Below, one piece after another: positions 13,414-26,639 of a stretch of DNA of 64,000 nt. Position numbers and translations under genes: made by a program. The notes below the pieces were generated by a model that saw only the letters and a list, made by a program, of their open reading frames with translations, was not told the origin of the DNA and did not search any database. The DNA comes from Spironucleus salmonicida (taxonomy: Eukaryota). Position 1 is the first letter of the stretch. The number at the start of each line of letters is the position of its first letter. The DNA lies in assembly GCF_000497125.1 (NCBI RefSeq), contig NC_090599.1, forward strand, positions 496,001 to 560,000, written 5' to 3'.

Positions 13414-15009
13414 ATGTATAATTCGATGAGCGCCTCGCAGTTTATGAGAGCGTCCCAAATACAAGCCATAGAACCTGTAATTAACGGAATCCAAGGCCCA
13501 GCGCTCGTACAGGACCACTCTTTCCCACTTCTGACGTACAAAACCGCCCAGCCAATTACGCTATCCAGCACGTAGCAGTCAGAAATCGTCGTAAAGCTTC
13601 TGGCCCAAAATCCGGGTCCCGTAGCGCTTCAGACGAGCAATTCGAACGTTATCGCCTCCTGCGACCCCTACCTGAGCCAAATCGCTCAGGAGGTCTTCCA
13701 GTGCACCGTGCGCGCCACGGGCGTCATCGCCGGCGTCGGAAGCTGCCAGATTCAGCTCGTCATGAACGGAAAAACGAGCTGTTATATCATACTCAATTTC
13801 GCGACTGAGACCCCTTCGGGGCAGTTCGGGGGGTCTCACTTTTCGCAGAATCAGTCGATTTTGCCCGTTTCGACCTCAATCGCAAACGGCTTTTTCGGAA
13901 GTACTAACCAGCCAAATTCGCCGATGAAAGCGAGCTATTTCGCGCCATCTACGCCGGTTTAGCAGGGTGTGTAGCAGGGTGTGTAGCGCCACCACAGCCC
14001 GTACTGCTACGGCGCCGAGATTCCGGACGGGGTCGTTGAGGGGGTCAGGAGGTCGAATTTGGAGTTCTCGCAGTCGGGTCTGGGCGCTAGCCAGGGAAAA
14101 ATGGGGGGCAGCCAGGTCCGCGTGCAGCCTGAAATTCAGATTTCGCAGCAGCCGCAGGTCGCAAATACGCCGAAAATCGCTAAAAAAGAAGAAATGCAGC
14201 TAGAACGGACCGCTGGGGCTCAGAAAAGCGGTTCAGACAAGTCGGTTGAGGAGGAGATGCAGCAGGTGCGCGGGGAGGTCTAGCAGTCGTAAAAAGAGCA
14301 GTCTGATGAGGTGAAAAAATCTAAGCTGTCTGCATCGGAATTGAACAGCAGCAAAGGGCAGAGGGAGTCTAAAATAAGGGTTATTCCGTCGTGTTTGCTG
14401 CTGCCTCCTGCCTCCACGTAGCTCTCGTCTATCGCTATGGTGCGTGTTAAAAACTGTTAATCTGAGCCGATTGAGCTCAAGTTTAAGGCGGTTCCAAGGT
14501 CGTTTTCGACATCTACATCCAATGCTTAATTTCCGCAACTGAAGGCGGGCTCTGATTCCTTTTCGGTGACGCCTGAGTTCTGTACTTTAGAAAAGAATCA
14601 GCATATCGATTTAAAAGTAGAATTTAAGCCAGAGTCAATTTAGTACATTTTGGAGGGTTGCAAGATACTAATTACGGACAGCACAAAAGCGTGGTAGATT
14701 CCGGTACTAGCGTTGGCTGGTTTACCTGATATTTCGGCTCACTCAGATAGCAAAAAGTAGGAAATTCGGTTAAGAAATGACGGTGACGGTGTTGCTGTTG
14801 TATAAGCTAATGGTGAAAGTGTAATTATTTAGCCTGGGGCGAGTGCAGTCGTGGATTATTAGACAAGTTTTAAGGTATTCCACGATGGCTTGAGAATGAT
14901 TTTAGACTCCGAATGGTCTGATATGATTGGGGTAATGGGTATGAAAGGCATAGAAAATTAGGTAGAGAGGTTGGTAGAATTGACGTGTTCTGTTGTTGAA
15001 GTTGAGTGA
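13414..15009 (+). CDS. Ig-like/ASH (SPD-2/CEP192-like) domain protein, 531 aa; paralogue of 9679..11562
   Basis: Joins ORF-track 13708..13962 and 14059..14283 through TAG; C-terminal VRVKNCQ...VEFKP...IPVLA...LRNDGDGVAV; ends GAG-TGA. Confidence 0.8.
13960..13987 (+). repeat. 12-bp in-frame tandem duplication TAGCAGGGTGTG x2.3 (QQGV repeat)
   Basis: tagcagggtgtg tagcagggtgtg tagc read directly. Confidence 0.85.
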
Positions 15010-15220
15010 AATTATTCGATATTTTTAAATTACAATATGGCTTGTATCATGAGATTTTACTAATTATGTATACTTCAGGAATGGCGAACAAATAAAATCT
15101 TAACTAGGAATACTGGCAAACTTTATAACGCGGATAAACAAATTGAAAGTTTCTATTTTCCAGAATGTATTTTCTAAATTGTATAATTTTTTATTTTATT
15201 ATTGAATATAATAAATATAG

Positions 15221-15835
15221 ATGAGTGCAATGGACTAAGAAATGATTAATTTCGAAAACTCCGATGATCTGTTTTGCTGCGCGAATGGATATTATGCAGA
15301 GTGGGATCATGTGGCAGAGTTTAGTCCTTTTATCCCTTCATCGCATGGAATTGTATTAGAGAATGCTCCTTGCATTAACTCTTTTAAAAATGTAAGTTAT
15401 TAATAAACATAGCAAGCCAATAGTTCATAATCACCAGCAGAGTCAAATGTTGATACGAGAATTACTTTCGACGAGACTTTTTAAACAATCAAAAAATAAA
15501 AGTAGTAATAATGGACTAAATAAGAAGACTATATTTTATCAGTTTTATATGATAAATATGGAAATAAGCAGTGGTTCAAGGTTTGCCAATAGATGAATAT
15601 TGAATTTAACAAGCAAAGGACTCCAAATTAGTGTAATTAACGATTTAATAGGGTTATTAAAAATGGACTATAAAAGGGAAAATGGACTGTAGAAGAGGAT
15701 TATTAGTTGTAAAAGGCGCTTAAGTAGTGTGAAAAGTTTAAATGGAAGTAAATTGCAGATTATGTTGGAGGAAGAACTGATACTTAGGTCCGATATAGAA
15801 TCAAGAAATAATACCCAGAGTATTTTAATTAGTGA
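15221..15835 (+). CDS. R2R3 Myb DNA-binding protein, 204 aa
   Basis: WTKQED...YGNKQW...RTPNQCNQRF and KGKWTVEED...WKQIADYVGGRTDTQVRYR. Confidence 0.93.
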
Positions 15836-15882
15836 ATTATATTAATTAATTTTGTCAGATAATACATATTATTAATTTACAA

Positions 15883-16212
15883 TCAGTCATCTTGTTCTGA
15901 TAAAAGATCTTATAATACTTTTTCTCTACCTCCGTTTTCTTCTATTTCTTCTGCAGGCATTTATTATAATATAGACTAAGCAACTTATTCTCTAATACTT
16001 TTAACACTTTATGATTAAACTGCAACCAGTAAATTCTAGGAATTCATAAAACTTTATCTGCAAATTGGGCATTAAATTGATCCGTTTATAACTAAGTCTT
16101 AAAAGCAGTCTCTATGAATTTTATGTGTACACGGTAATTAATATACATTCTCCTCTAGAAGTTCTAAGCAGATAGGGCAATTATCATCTGAGTTACTAAT
16201 ATCTTATCCCAT
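15883..16212 (-). CDS. small RING-H2 E3 ligase, 109 aa
   Basis: CPICLE...LPCTHKIHRDC...CPIC; N-terminus MGQDIS. Confidence 0.88.
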
Positions 16213-16577
16213 TAAAGTATTATATTAATATTAAATAACACATAAACAATTATAGTTTTCACTTTAATAAAAATGGCTTTTCAAGATCTATTTTCAATCA
16301 GTTTTTGAGACTAAAATTGATTCAAGTAGCCATTTAAAATGCGATATTGGAACTGATGAAGCCCCAATACGAAAGTTTACAATTATTAATTTATATTTTA
16401 AGTTTATATATCTATTTAGTATATAATACTTTATTATTATTTCACACCACTCCTTCGAGAAATGTCAAGCGGTTTTAACTGAGACTAAGTTAAATCTCTA
16501 GATGCATTTCAATATCGATAATTTGTTATAAATTTCTTAATTTGCAACCATATATTCTCAACTATATATATTTCACT

Positions 16578-17276
16578 TCATTTATCTATTTCTTCTAATG
16601 TAAAAATTTCTCCTTAATTATTACTAAAGCTTATTATTTAGTCAGTAATTATCACACTATGTATTTTAAAAACTGGGTAAATACTGAATATTTCTGTCAT
16701 TAATTGATAATCTAATACTACTAATTCATTGCACATCATTCTAACGACTAAATAATTACCATTCAATCGAATTTCAGAAATGGTTGATACATGATTGTAT
16801 ATTTTCATAGAATTTAAAGAATTCAAATCTACCTAGTATAAATTTCCTTATTCAGTACCCAACAATAATATATTTTAGTATATTTCGCAGGAAGTTACTG
16901 TTTCATTTATCTCAAGATCTTTAAATCTAATAAGCTTATTAGTATGAATTTCCCAAATGCCTGTTTCTAAAATCGAAAATATTTATCCTCCAAATAGGTA
17001 AAACGTAAAAAGATAAACAAAATCAGGTATCTTATGCAATAAAGATCCATTTTTATAAATTTTATCTGAATCAGATGTGTATAAATCCTTTTAGTTATAC
17101 ATCCCTGGATAATTACCTATAAAAAATTATCGCTAAAATGTGAATATTTTAGGCCCTGTAATTTTATAATTATTAAAAACGCATGCTTAGTCTTAAAATA
17201 TGATCAATTCGTCTTATTTTTAACCTAAATAGAGAGGACTATTAGAGTTTCCATGACTCACATTAGTTACTTCCAT
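16578..17276 (-). CDS. hypothetical beta-strand-rich (WD40-like) protein, 232 aa
   Basis: Extends ORF-track 16638..16826 under code 6; TGA followed by AGTGA. Confidence 0.65.
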
Positions 17277-17331
17277 TTTAACATTTATATATTACTGTAT
17301 ACTAATATCTATATTATTATGTGTCATTAAA

Positions 17332-18546
17332 ATGTCAGAAATTTCCCAAACCGTCGAAAAAATCCATTTCCTGCTTAAATTTGCAACTGGTGAGAAGCTA
17401 AACCAACTACAGAAGCTTCTTCAGACAATATCAAAATATCAACCTCCATTAACAGATTCACAGCTTAGAACATACCAGAAAATCGTAAAATTCACCAAAC
17501 AGACCGAAATTGACTTATAACATCTCATTACAGACGCAAAATAAGTAAATTTAGAAGATTTAGCGGTCGAGAAAAGCGAGGAAATCTTCAAAAAGTCATT
17601 CGAACGAATAGAGCCAGCTCCGCCTCCGCCACAGCTAGCTTAAGCTATTTAGCCATAAAACCATAAATTTGAAGCAGAAATTCAAAATTAAATTCAAATT
17701 CTAACCACGCAAATTCAGCACCAAACTGCGCAAATTACGTCGCTAACGATTGATTTGCAAAATGCGCAGACGACAATTTTGGCCCAAAACGACGAAATCC
17801 GCACGCTGAACGACGACAATTCCTCTCTAGCCGATCAAGTTTACTCACTCAAAAATGCACTTTAAACGCAGAATTTGCACATCGCGGGACTCGAAAAACA
17901 GGCCAAAAGCGACGAGAAAACGCGCAATTTTCAGACCCAAATCGACTCGATTTGCGGCGATTTGGCGACCGATTTTCACGATTTGAAGCAGGTTTGCCAG
18001 AACCTGAAGGACGCGCAGCCCGCCGTTCTGGGCGAAATCTCGCAGAAAGTGCTCGAAATGGAGCAGCAATTTGTGCTCGAAAACGCGCAAACTAGGCAGC
18101 AAAATCGCGCGATTCTGGCCATCGAGGAGCAAATTCGGCAGTACGAGGGCCTTCTGGGCAGCCAGAAACCGCCCGGAAGCGGGATTTTGAAGAACTCGCA
18201 GGTGAAAAATACGGACGTTCTGATGAGCGAAGTTTTGCGGATTTGCGGCGCGTTCAAGAGCCAAAAAGTCGTCCTGCAGCGTGCCAGCCTGGACGAGTTC
18301 GTCCTAGAGCGCACTGGCGTGATTTTGAGGCTTGAAATGTCGGAAAAGGGCACGCTGTGCGTTGTCAGCGAGGGCGGAAACGCCGTAAAGGCCGTCAGCC
18401 TGAGCCAGTACCTGAAGGGGGTCGTGCAGGGCGTTGGGAGCCCAGGAATCGGGCTCCGGGGGTCCGTGCGCACGCCGAGTTTGGGGCAGAGGACGCCCGA
18501 GAGGAGGCCGCAGAGCGTGCGGGTTGGCGTTTCGATGCGAAAGTGA
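17332..18546 (+). CDS. coiled-coil protein with possible C-terminal GAR/Gas2-like domain, 404 aa
   Basis: Joins ORF-track 17332..17520 and 17875..18546; weak similarity of LCVVSEGG...SLSQYL to GAR VMVRVGGGW.TL.EYL. Confidence 0.8.
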
Positions 18547-18554
18547 CGTTTTTG

Positions 18555-19103
18555 TCAATTTGGGTGCTTTTTGAACCAGGCCAGGACGAGATTTTTGGCG
18601 ATAACAGATTTCGTGCTCTGGACTGCTTGAGGCAGCGGGAGGCTTGTGAATGTCTTAATGTCTATGTGGCTTTGCTGGCATTCGTTTCTTAGCTTCTTTC
18701 GGGTCGAGTAGAAAATATCCTGAAAATCCTTCATTGGAGGCTACGAGTAGATGTTGAGGTCAAATTCTGAGAACTTCTTGTCTAAGTATTTTTTGTATAT
18801 AAGCCCGAAATCTTGATTTTGCTGAGTGCAAATTTATGCCACAGCACCTAGCTGACAGTTATCAAATTTCAGGCTTTAAATAGACTAAAACAGTGAATAA
18901 TATCTACCTGCTTTGTTGAGCATCTATTTTTTAATCTCTGTAATAAATAAAAACTGTGCGTATTGTAAATCTTTATCAGCTTGACTTTCTAAGACAGAAG
19001 ATTATCCTGATTCTAACAAGTCAATAAACTCATATATCTTGGTAAATTTTTCATTATATAGCTTCATTTATATGTGTTTTCTATTGCTTAGCAGCATGTT
19101 CAT
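18555..19103 (-). CDS. hypothetical protein, 182 aa
   Basis: ATG-TGA code-6 frame filling the gap between flanking genes. Confidence 0.7.
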
Positions 19104-19157
19104 TTACTTCATACTATATTATTTTATATAATAATCCATGGTTTTTCACTTCACATA

Positions 19158-20393
19158 ATGAGACATGTTTCCTTATCAAGGTAAATGTAATAGCAAATAG
19201 ATTTTGAATCATCTGATGAGGTTCCATTAGTACCTTAAAATTTTAACGACTCTGATATTCAAGTTTTAATTTAAACAGAGAATTTCGGCTAACTAAATTT
19301 ATTTTTAAAACAAAATTCCTAGCACGCGTAATATATTTTAAATTATTACCAAGAATCTTTAAACTCTCTAATATACAATGTAGATTTTTTGAGGCTGTTA
19401 ACCAATATTACGTGCTTCCTTGACTGCAACTAAATTGAAAATTAAATAGACATTCCATTCCTTATCTCATAAACTTATAATTTTACGAATTAACATCTAG
19501 AACTGGCCCTTACTGTGTTAAATAATGTTATTTTTGACACAACAAAAGTTGTTTTTGGAAATGTATCTACCGTAAGTTTACTGTTTTTGATTTCAGAGAC
19601 GGACTCGAAAAACCTTCTTATCACGTTCATTCGATTCGCCATTAATATTGCGTAAAACTCCAAAATTTCTCTAGAAGAAATCTCTCCACTACTTGATATT
19701 ATATTGCATTCTCCACACTTCGACGACTCTAAAACGGTTATTTGTTACACACTATCACTTTTTGAGGTTCTAATGTGGTAGAAAAGCTCTGAATTTGCAA
19801 AAATCTTCGTTTAAATATTACCAAAATTTACTGATATAATGAGCAAAAATATCAATATCAAACTAAAGCGACAGTTTCTCCAGACGTTAGATGAGGTATT
19901 TTTCAGGAAATTCAAATAGATTCAGAAATAGATTAAACCCTAAATTGAGCGCTTGGCTGACGTGCTCTTAACCCTTAACTGCAACTCCGAGCTAATTTTT
20001 GCATGTTTTTCGTATATTTACACTTACTTAGGGTAGTACTAAATCGAGCAACTATATAGCCTGATATTGAGTTAACTTAATAGTGTAAATCTTAACATTT
20101 AGGCGAAGGCACTCGATTGCCTGATAGATTTGATTGATAATGGGGTTGACATCGACGAGAATATGGTTGATGTGGTGAATAATATTTAGTGTACTGACTC
20201 AACAATTTTGGCTAAAATCTGTGGGTTCTGGATATCGTGTTCCGATCGAGAAGATGCGATACTATAGTGCGTTTCATTACAATTTTTAGAACGTATTGAG
20301 GACACTGCTTTCGGAGATTAAAATATGGTGATAGTTCGTGAGTTTCTCAAGTATGTGCAACAGTATATAGAAAACGAGAGTGATTCAGTGTGA
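19158..20393 (+). CDS. alpha-solenoid (ARM/HEAT-like) hypothetical protein, 411 aa
   Basis: Long code-6 ORF, L/I-rich amphipathic helical repeats; AGTGA just before the stop. Confidence 0.75.
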
Positions 20394-21584
20394 TTTGATT
20401 AAAGTGGTATTATTATAGAAAATTAGTATGCGGTGATAAAAATAGATTAGATATGGGATTTGATAATATTTGTTAACATTTTGTGGTAAAAAATAGCACA
20501 GCAATATAAAAATTGCAATTTGACTCAGAAAAATATGGGAAGGTTTAGAAATCAATATTAACATTTCCCTATCGTTATTATATTATAAATAATATAAGAC
20601 TTATGACTATCCACTTCATATTAATGAATAAAACTATTCAACAATTAGTATAAAGAAGTAAAATTTTAGGTGTTCACATTAACTGTGCTATTTAATGCGC
20701 TCCAATGAAGTCATAACTAGAAATTCCTTAAATAATCAGTCATTTCGGTAGTGTGTAATTTTTACCTTAGGATTTAATTGAGATTTTTAATTACTCAGCC
20801 AAGGAAAGCCGAAAATAAGTATTTTTATTCTCTGAAATTTAATACATTCCTTTATATGACTAGGATGATTTAATTCTAGTCGATTTATCAGGAGAAGTGG
20901 GTATTTTTATTAAATGGTTTTAGAGTAAAATTATTTTTGGTCAATATAGACATTGTGATATCGGAATTATAAGATTATTGCTCAGCTAGTGTGATTGATG
21001 ATATTCATATTTTTAGTAGTATTATATTTGCAATACTTAAACACAAATAATTGATCAAGTATCAATGTAGAAATAAATTAGTTAATAAATTAAATAATCC
21101 ATTTGATATATTATTTTTACTGCTTATAAACCAAAAATTACAATATGTCATATTTATTAGATATAAAACAGATTGTATTAGTAACTCTTAAAATAGAATA
21201 TATTATAATAAATTTGATGACAATTTTATAAACTGAGAACATTACTAAGTAAATTTCTTGATTTTTAACTAGACAAAATTATAGATTCTTTTAGCTATGA
21301 AGATACTTCACTAAAATACGTTAATTTATATCCAAATCTGTTAGCTTCATTTTTCTACGAATTAATAATAATATATATATTACTATGAATTAAAAATAGA
21401 TTATACTACATATTTATCTGTTCACTATAATAATAATCTTTTCAAAGTATTACAATAAATAAAAAGTGTTATTAAATAAATCATATAAATAAGTGTAAAT
21501 CTAACAGATTTTTTAAATATAAACTTCAATTTTATATATCCGTATATCATATTATATCAATTATTAGATCCCATTCCGCAAAAT

Positions 21585-24500
21585 ATGGAGAACAACCCAC
21601 CATAATTATAGTAAAGTATTGGTTCACATTCTGATGATGCACCAGCTAAAAACCAGATTATTACAGAAGATAACTTCAAATTGATAGTTAAAGAATCATT
21701 ATTGCCAGATGTTAATTAGCTGTCATCTTATATGAAAACGTCTATTTTAGAAGGATTATCATAACAGTAAGTCGTTACAAACTAAAAATGGGGTTAAAAT
21801 AAAATACCAGATCGGCCACCTGAACCATTCTGGAAAATTTTTCTCGGAACGTTTAAGGATCCAACCTTGATCATATTGATAATTGCTGCGATTGTATCAA
21901 TTATTATCGGATCAGCTATTCCAGCACAGAGAAAGCATGGTGGCTACATTGATGGAATTGCTATTTTGGTAGCCGTCGCAGTAGTTTCTCTCGTTGGATC
22001 AGTAAATGACTATCAAAAAGAAAGATAATTTAGAAAGTTGAATGCAGTTAAGGAAGCCAGAGACATTACTGTTCTTCGAGAGGGGAAACTCATTTCACTA
22101 TCAGTATATAGTCTCGTTGTGGGAGATATTTACGTCTTCGAAATGGGCGACTAGCTTGCAGCAGACGGTATTTTAGTCTCGCACCAGCTGCTTAAAATGG
22201 ACCAGTCTCAAATCACTGGTGAATCAATGGCAATATCGAAAAATGCACAAAAACCATGGCTTGTAGGAGGTGCGCTTGTATCCGAGGGATCAGGCAAAAT
22301 GATCGTCACCGCGGTCGGCATTGACACGATCAACGGCGAGGCGATGTTGGCTCTATAAGACGATAATGATCTTGAAACCCCACTGCAGACGAAGCTCAAT
22401 GCACTGGTAAAAATAGTCGGTTACATAGGCCTCATTTCGGCTGTTCTGACGTTTATCGTGCTCATAGCTAAATTTTTTATAGCGAACTTGCACCAGGACA
22501 CCCAAAACTACGCTATCTGGGTCAATTATCTCATCCTGGCAATAACAATCGTAGTCGTCGCGATTCCGGAAGGCCTGCCGCTCGCTGTTACTATATCCCT
22601 GGCATTTTCTATGAAGAAAATGCTCAAAGACCAGTGTCTAGTGCGCAAATTGCAATCCTGCGAGACTTGTGGCTCGATTTCGATAATTTGTTCAGATAAA
22701 ACCGGCACGTTGACGATGAATCAGATGCGTGTCGTTAGAATCTTCACTCCTAACACATCAAACGACTAAATCAAGCAGATAATGTCAGCGAAAAAGGGAG
22801 TTCCTGCGGACATCTATTCCGCACTATGCCAGTTCAACACGTCCTTCAATAAGGTGAGGCTGAACGGTGACACCGTTCTGGGCTCAAAAACTGGCGGCGC
22901 ATTCATGCTAATGTCCAGAGATGTCTACGGCTGCGATTACGAGCAGTTCGTAGCGGGTCTCGTCTATAACAATGATCCAGAAGGCGCTGTAGTACACCAG
23001 ATCGACTTCACGTCTGACCGAAAGCGCAGCACAATGCTTATTGATTTGGCCAAATTCTCGCCTCCCGGCAGCGTGAAAGAGCAAATTCAGCAAATTTAGT
23101 CTAGCGGGCAGTATATTTCGGTCTGCCGCGGTGCCTCGGAGATCATTTTGAACCGCTGCGTTTCGTACATTGATCCAGATTCAGGTGCCATTTTACCGCT
23201 CACGGAGGAACTTAAAAACATCATGCTAGCGAAGATCTAAGAGTATGCGAAGCAGTCGTATCGGACTCTCATAATGGGTTACAAGTAGATGGAGAACATT
23301 ACGAGCGATTTAGACGAATTGGAGTAGGATATGGAGTCTGAGCTGATTTTCCAGCTTTTGGTCGGAATTCAGGATCCGTTGCGCCCTGGAGTTCCAGAGG
23401 CGATAAATCAGCTCAAAATGGGAGGTATTAAGACGGTTATGGTCACAGGTGATAATTATATTACTGCAATCTCTATCGCAAAAGAGGCAAATATCATCGA
23501 TTAGCACGTTGAGGACGACCGTATTTCTAATTTTGCAGTTACTGGTGAACAGGTTCGCAAGATGTCGGACGAAGAATTGGATTCGATTTTGCCAACTTTG
23601 GCTGTCGTTGCTCGCTGCCAGCCAAAGGACAAATATCGCGTAGTTTAGAGGTTTTAGATCGCAGGTCACGTTGTTGCAGCTACTGGGGACGGTAGTAATG
23701 ATGCTCCCCAACTGAAGGAGGCGGACGTCGGTTTGGCGATGGGAATTGCCGGTACCGAAGTCGCCAAAGAGGCTTCAGATATTGTCATCATGGACGACAA
23801 TTTTTGCTCAATTTTGCATGCCGTTGAGTGGGGAAGGACAGTTTTGGCGAGTGTGCGTAAATTTATATAGTTTTAGCTTACTGTTAACGTGGTCGCTCTG
23901 GTGATTGCTTTTTTGGGGGCGGCGTTTCTTTCTGAGTCTCCCTTGACTGCGATTCAGCTGCTCTATGTTAATCTTATTATGGACTCATTGGGATCTTTGG
24001 CGTTGGCCACTGAAGGGCCTACACCAAATATTCTTTAAGCGCCTCCTGTTAAGCGTTCCGCATCGATTATTACACCTGGAATGCTTAGAAATATCATCAT
24101 TTAGTCGGTTTATTAACTTCTGGTGTTGCTTATAATGTTATTTGAATTTCCTGGAAATCTTATTTGCTTTACACCTACACAAGTAACTGGTGAGAAAGCT
24201 ATTTAGTACAGGTACACATCAATTTATAACTTCTTCATTTTTGCTTAAATATTCAACGAATTTAATTCCCGACGATTGAATAACGAATTAAACGTATTTG
24301 ATGGGTTGTTTAAGAACATTCTTTTTATTATTATCATTGTTGTTACGGTTGCTTTGCAGATACTTATTATGTTTACCCCTGGTCTTAGAGATATTTTTAA
24401 TGTTTATTCTTGCAAGTAAGGCGCTACTAATTGTGGAGGTTTAATCTAATATGGAATAAGATGGGAGACTTGGCTTATAAATTTAGGACTCGCTGCAGCC

Positions 24501-24743
24501 TCTTTAGTTTTCCATTTCTTTGGACGGTTAATTAGGCTACCAAAAGAGTTTAAACATTAAGAAAAGGCGCTGAAAAACAAGAAAGTTAAGCATATACCTG
24601 AGCCGAGTACACCAATAAAAGAATCAAAAGAGCTGATCCAGGTTCATTCAGAAAAATACTTAGTTACCGCCAGCATTGCAGATTCGTTGATTAGCAACAA
24701 TCAAGTCGTTTTGCAACCAATAGGTATTAATAAATATTAGTGA
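21585..24743 (+). CDS. plasma-membrane-type Ca2+-transporting P-type ATPase (P2B/PMCA), 1052 aa
   Basis: [60 protein letters not shown] (both Q=TAG), [21 protein letters not shown]. Confidence 0.97.
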
Positions 24744-24786
24744 GATTTATTGATTATTATATATATTATTATTATATATACATAAA

Positions 24787-25152
24787 ATGTCAAAATTTAC
24801 TTCCACCTTCTAATTCGACACCGAGCTGCCACTAGCATCCATTTTAGCTCAATTAAAGGCCAACCAACAAGAAGTAATCACTGACAAGTTCTCAACGCTC
24901 TCGAACGAAATCCTTAACAACTGCCTTTTGTCGACCAACGAGCGCATGCAACTGAACAAAATTTTTCACCAGCTGACGCAGACGATGCTTTTTGACGGTA
25001 AAGCGGTCAAAAACAACAAAATCCCAAATCTAACCAAAAAGATCGAGTTCAGCTCTTCCACGCCCGCTTTCGCCGACCTGACCGAGACGCTGAAAAACCT
25101 GCTAGTCACCAAATCACTCCTCGAGGCCTACCTCGCAATCATCTCCCAATGA
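24787..25152 (+). CDS. hypothetical protein, 121 aa
   Basis: Extends ORF-track 24928..25152 to AAAATG at 24787; 3' end overlaps the convergent TBC gene. Confidence 0.65.
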
Positions 25153-26223
25153 CACCAAAAACACGTCGATTCCGTCGATTTCGAGCAAATATCTCTCGAC
25201 ATCTTCGGCACTCGAAAATCCGAAGCAGTTCGGGGCCTTAAAAAGGACAATTTTGGCCGCGACGGCGCTCAAAATTTCAAGTTTCTGGGATTGAACCATG
25301 CGGTCCCACACCGCGAAAACTTGCTTCAGGGACAGCATTTGGCTGAAAGCGGAAAGGAAAAATTTCACGAGAACGCCAGAAACTTGAAAATTGATCGATT
25401 TGAAGTGGTGATATAAGGCTGGGTTAGATTGGGTTATGAGCGCAATCGCGTGCTAGACGAGAAATAAGAGGGTTTCAATGTCGTGGAGTTTGTGGAAAAT
25501 CAGTCTGTAAAATTTGCTGAAAATATTGATTATATCAGTTGTAGAATCGTATAAGAATAGGAAAGGAGCTATAAGAACGGAAATTTTCTGATATGGGAAT
25601 TGGATGGGGAAATTTGTCAGTTTTGGGGCCCCTTAGAAGTTTACGAGGACATCTACAATTTAGGATTTGAAGAGTTGGAATTCAACTGAAAGATTCTCAT
25701 GAACCTCTTTGAGAAACAGCATAGTATACTATGATGTTGTTTGTGGTAGAATGAGGTCTAAGTGGTTCAGATTTGCTGTGAAGTCTTTATATTTTTGTGG
25801 TCTTTCGACATCGTTAAACCCGTGAAATGTATTTTCTTAGAATGATTTTTGGTAAACTTAGGTATCATATTAATCGTGAAATGATATTTAGAACTAGTCA
25901 GTAAACAGTTTATAAAGAGATTCTGACTGCTCTTGAGTAGTTAAATTTGTGTAAAAATACGAATCTGATACTCGGATAATCGAGTCAATAATGTCTTATT
26001 CAGAAATAAAATATTTTGTCTTCTCGATAGTATCTGGTTATGTGTTAATATAATTTTAGTAATTGGTATCGAAAATTCTCTAAAGGTGAATATTTTCTCG
26101 CTTAATAACATCATACTCCTGATGAATCTATATATGCTATTTATTTTCATACAAATTTTCTGGTGTATATCCCTTAACTCCTAGGTTTTTCTATATTTCA
26201 TTAAAATACTTAAAAACTGACAT
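25114..26223 (-). CDS. TBC-domain (Rab-GAP family, TBC1D19-like) protein, 369 aa
   Basis: PALYHHF...FFLSAFSQML...QVFAVWDRM...LEILSAVAAKIV typical of the TBC C-lobe; ends GAG-TGA. Confidence 0.8.
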
Positions 26224-26566
26224 TTTTAATATAGTTATACTATAAAATATAATAAAAACAACTGGAAAAATCCTTCGGAATCTAGTTTTGTATAAATTCT
26301 TCTATCATTGTCTACAAATCATCATTAGTTTGCATAAGCGATGCGTTAATATTCTCTTATTCAATATATTTACCTTAGAATTCGTCTGATTTTTGTTACT
26401 CCTGAAACAGTGCATTCTCTAGTTTCTTAATTTTTTCGTCTCTAGTACTAATAGCATCTTTCAGAGACTAGATTTCCTTAATTTTATTATTTGCTTCTTT
26501 TTTGACCTCATCAGCTTCCTACCGCAGCTACTTTGATAACTGTAGTAGTTTTTGTGTGCTTTCCAT
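26198..26566 (-). CDS. small coiled-coil protein; first TGA lies inside the next gene
   Basis: MESTQKLLQLSKQLRQEADEVKK...; frame stays open through the AT-rich spacer until 26198-26200. Confidence 0.65.
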
Positions 26567-26639
26567 TTTTGAAATTTCAAACCCAAATAGTTCTTTATAT
26601 ATTTTATGATTATTATATAAATTACACTATTTATTGAAA

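Noticed and set aside
26240-26262. Possible 23-nt GT...AG mini-intron fusing the coiled-coil ORF to the TBC gene
   Set aside because: Splicing does not place the TBC ATG in frame, and no GTATGT donor or ACTAAC branch motif is present
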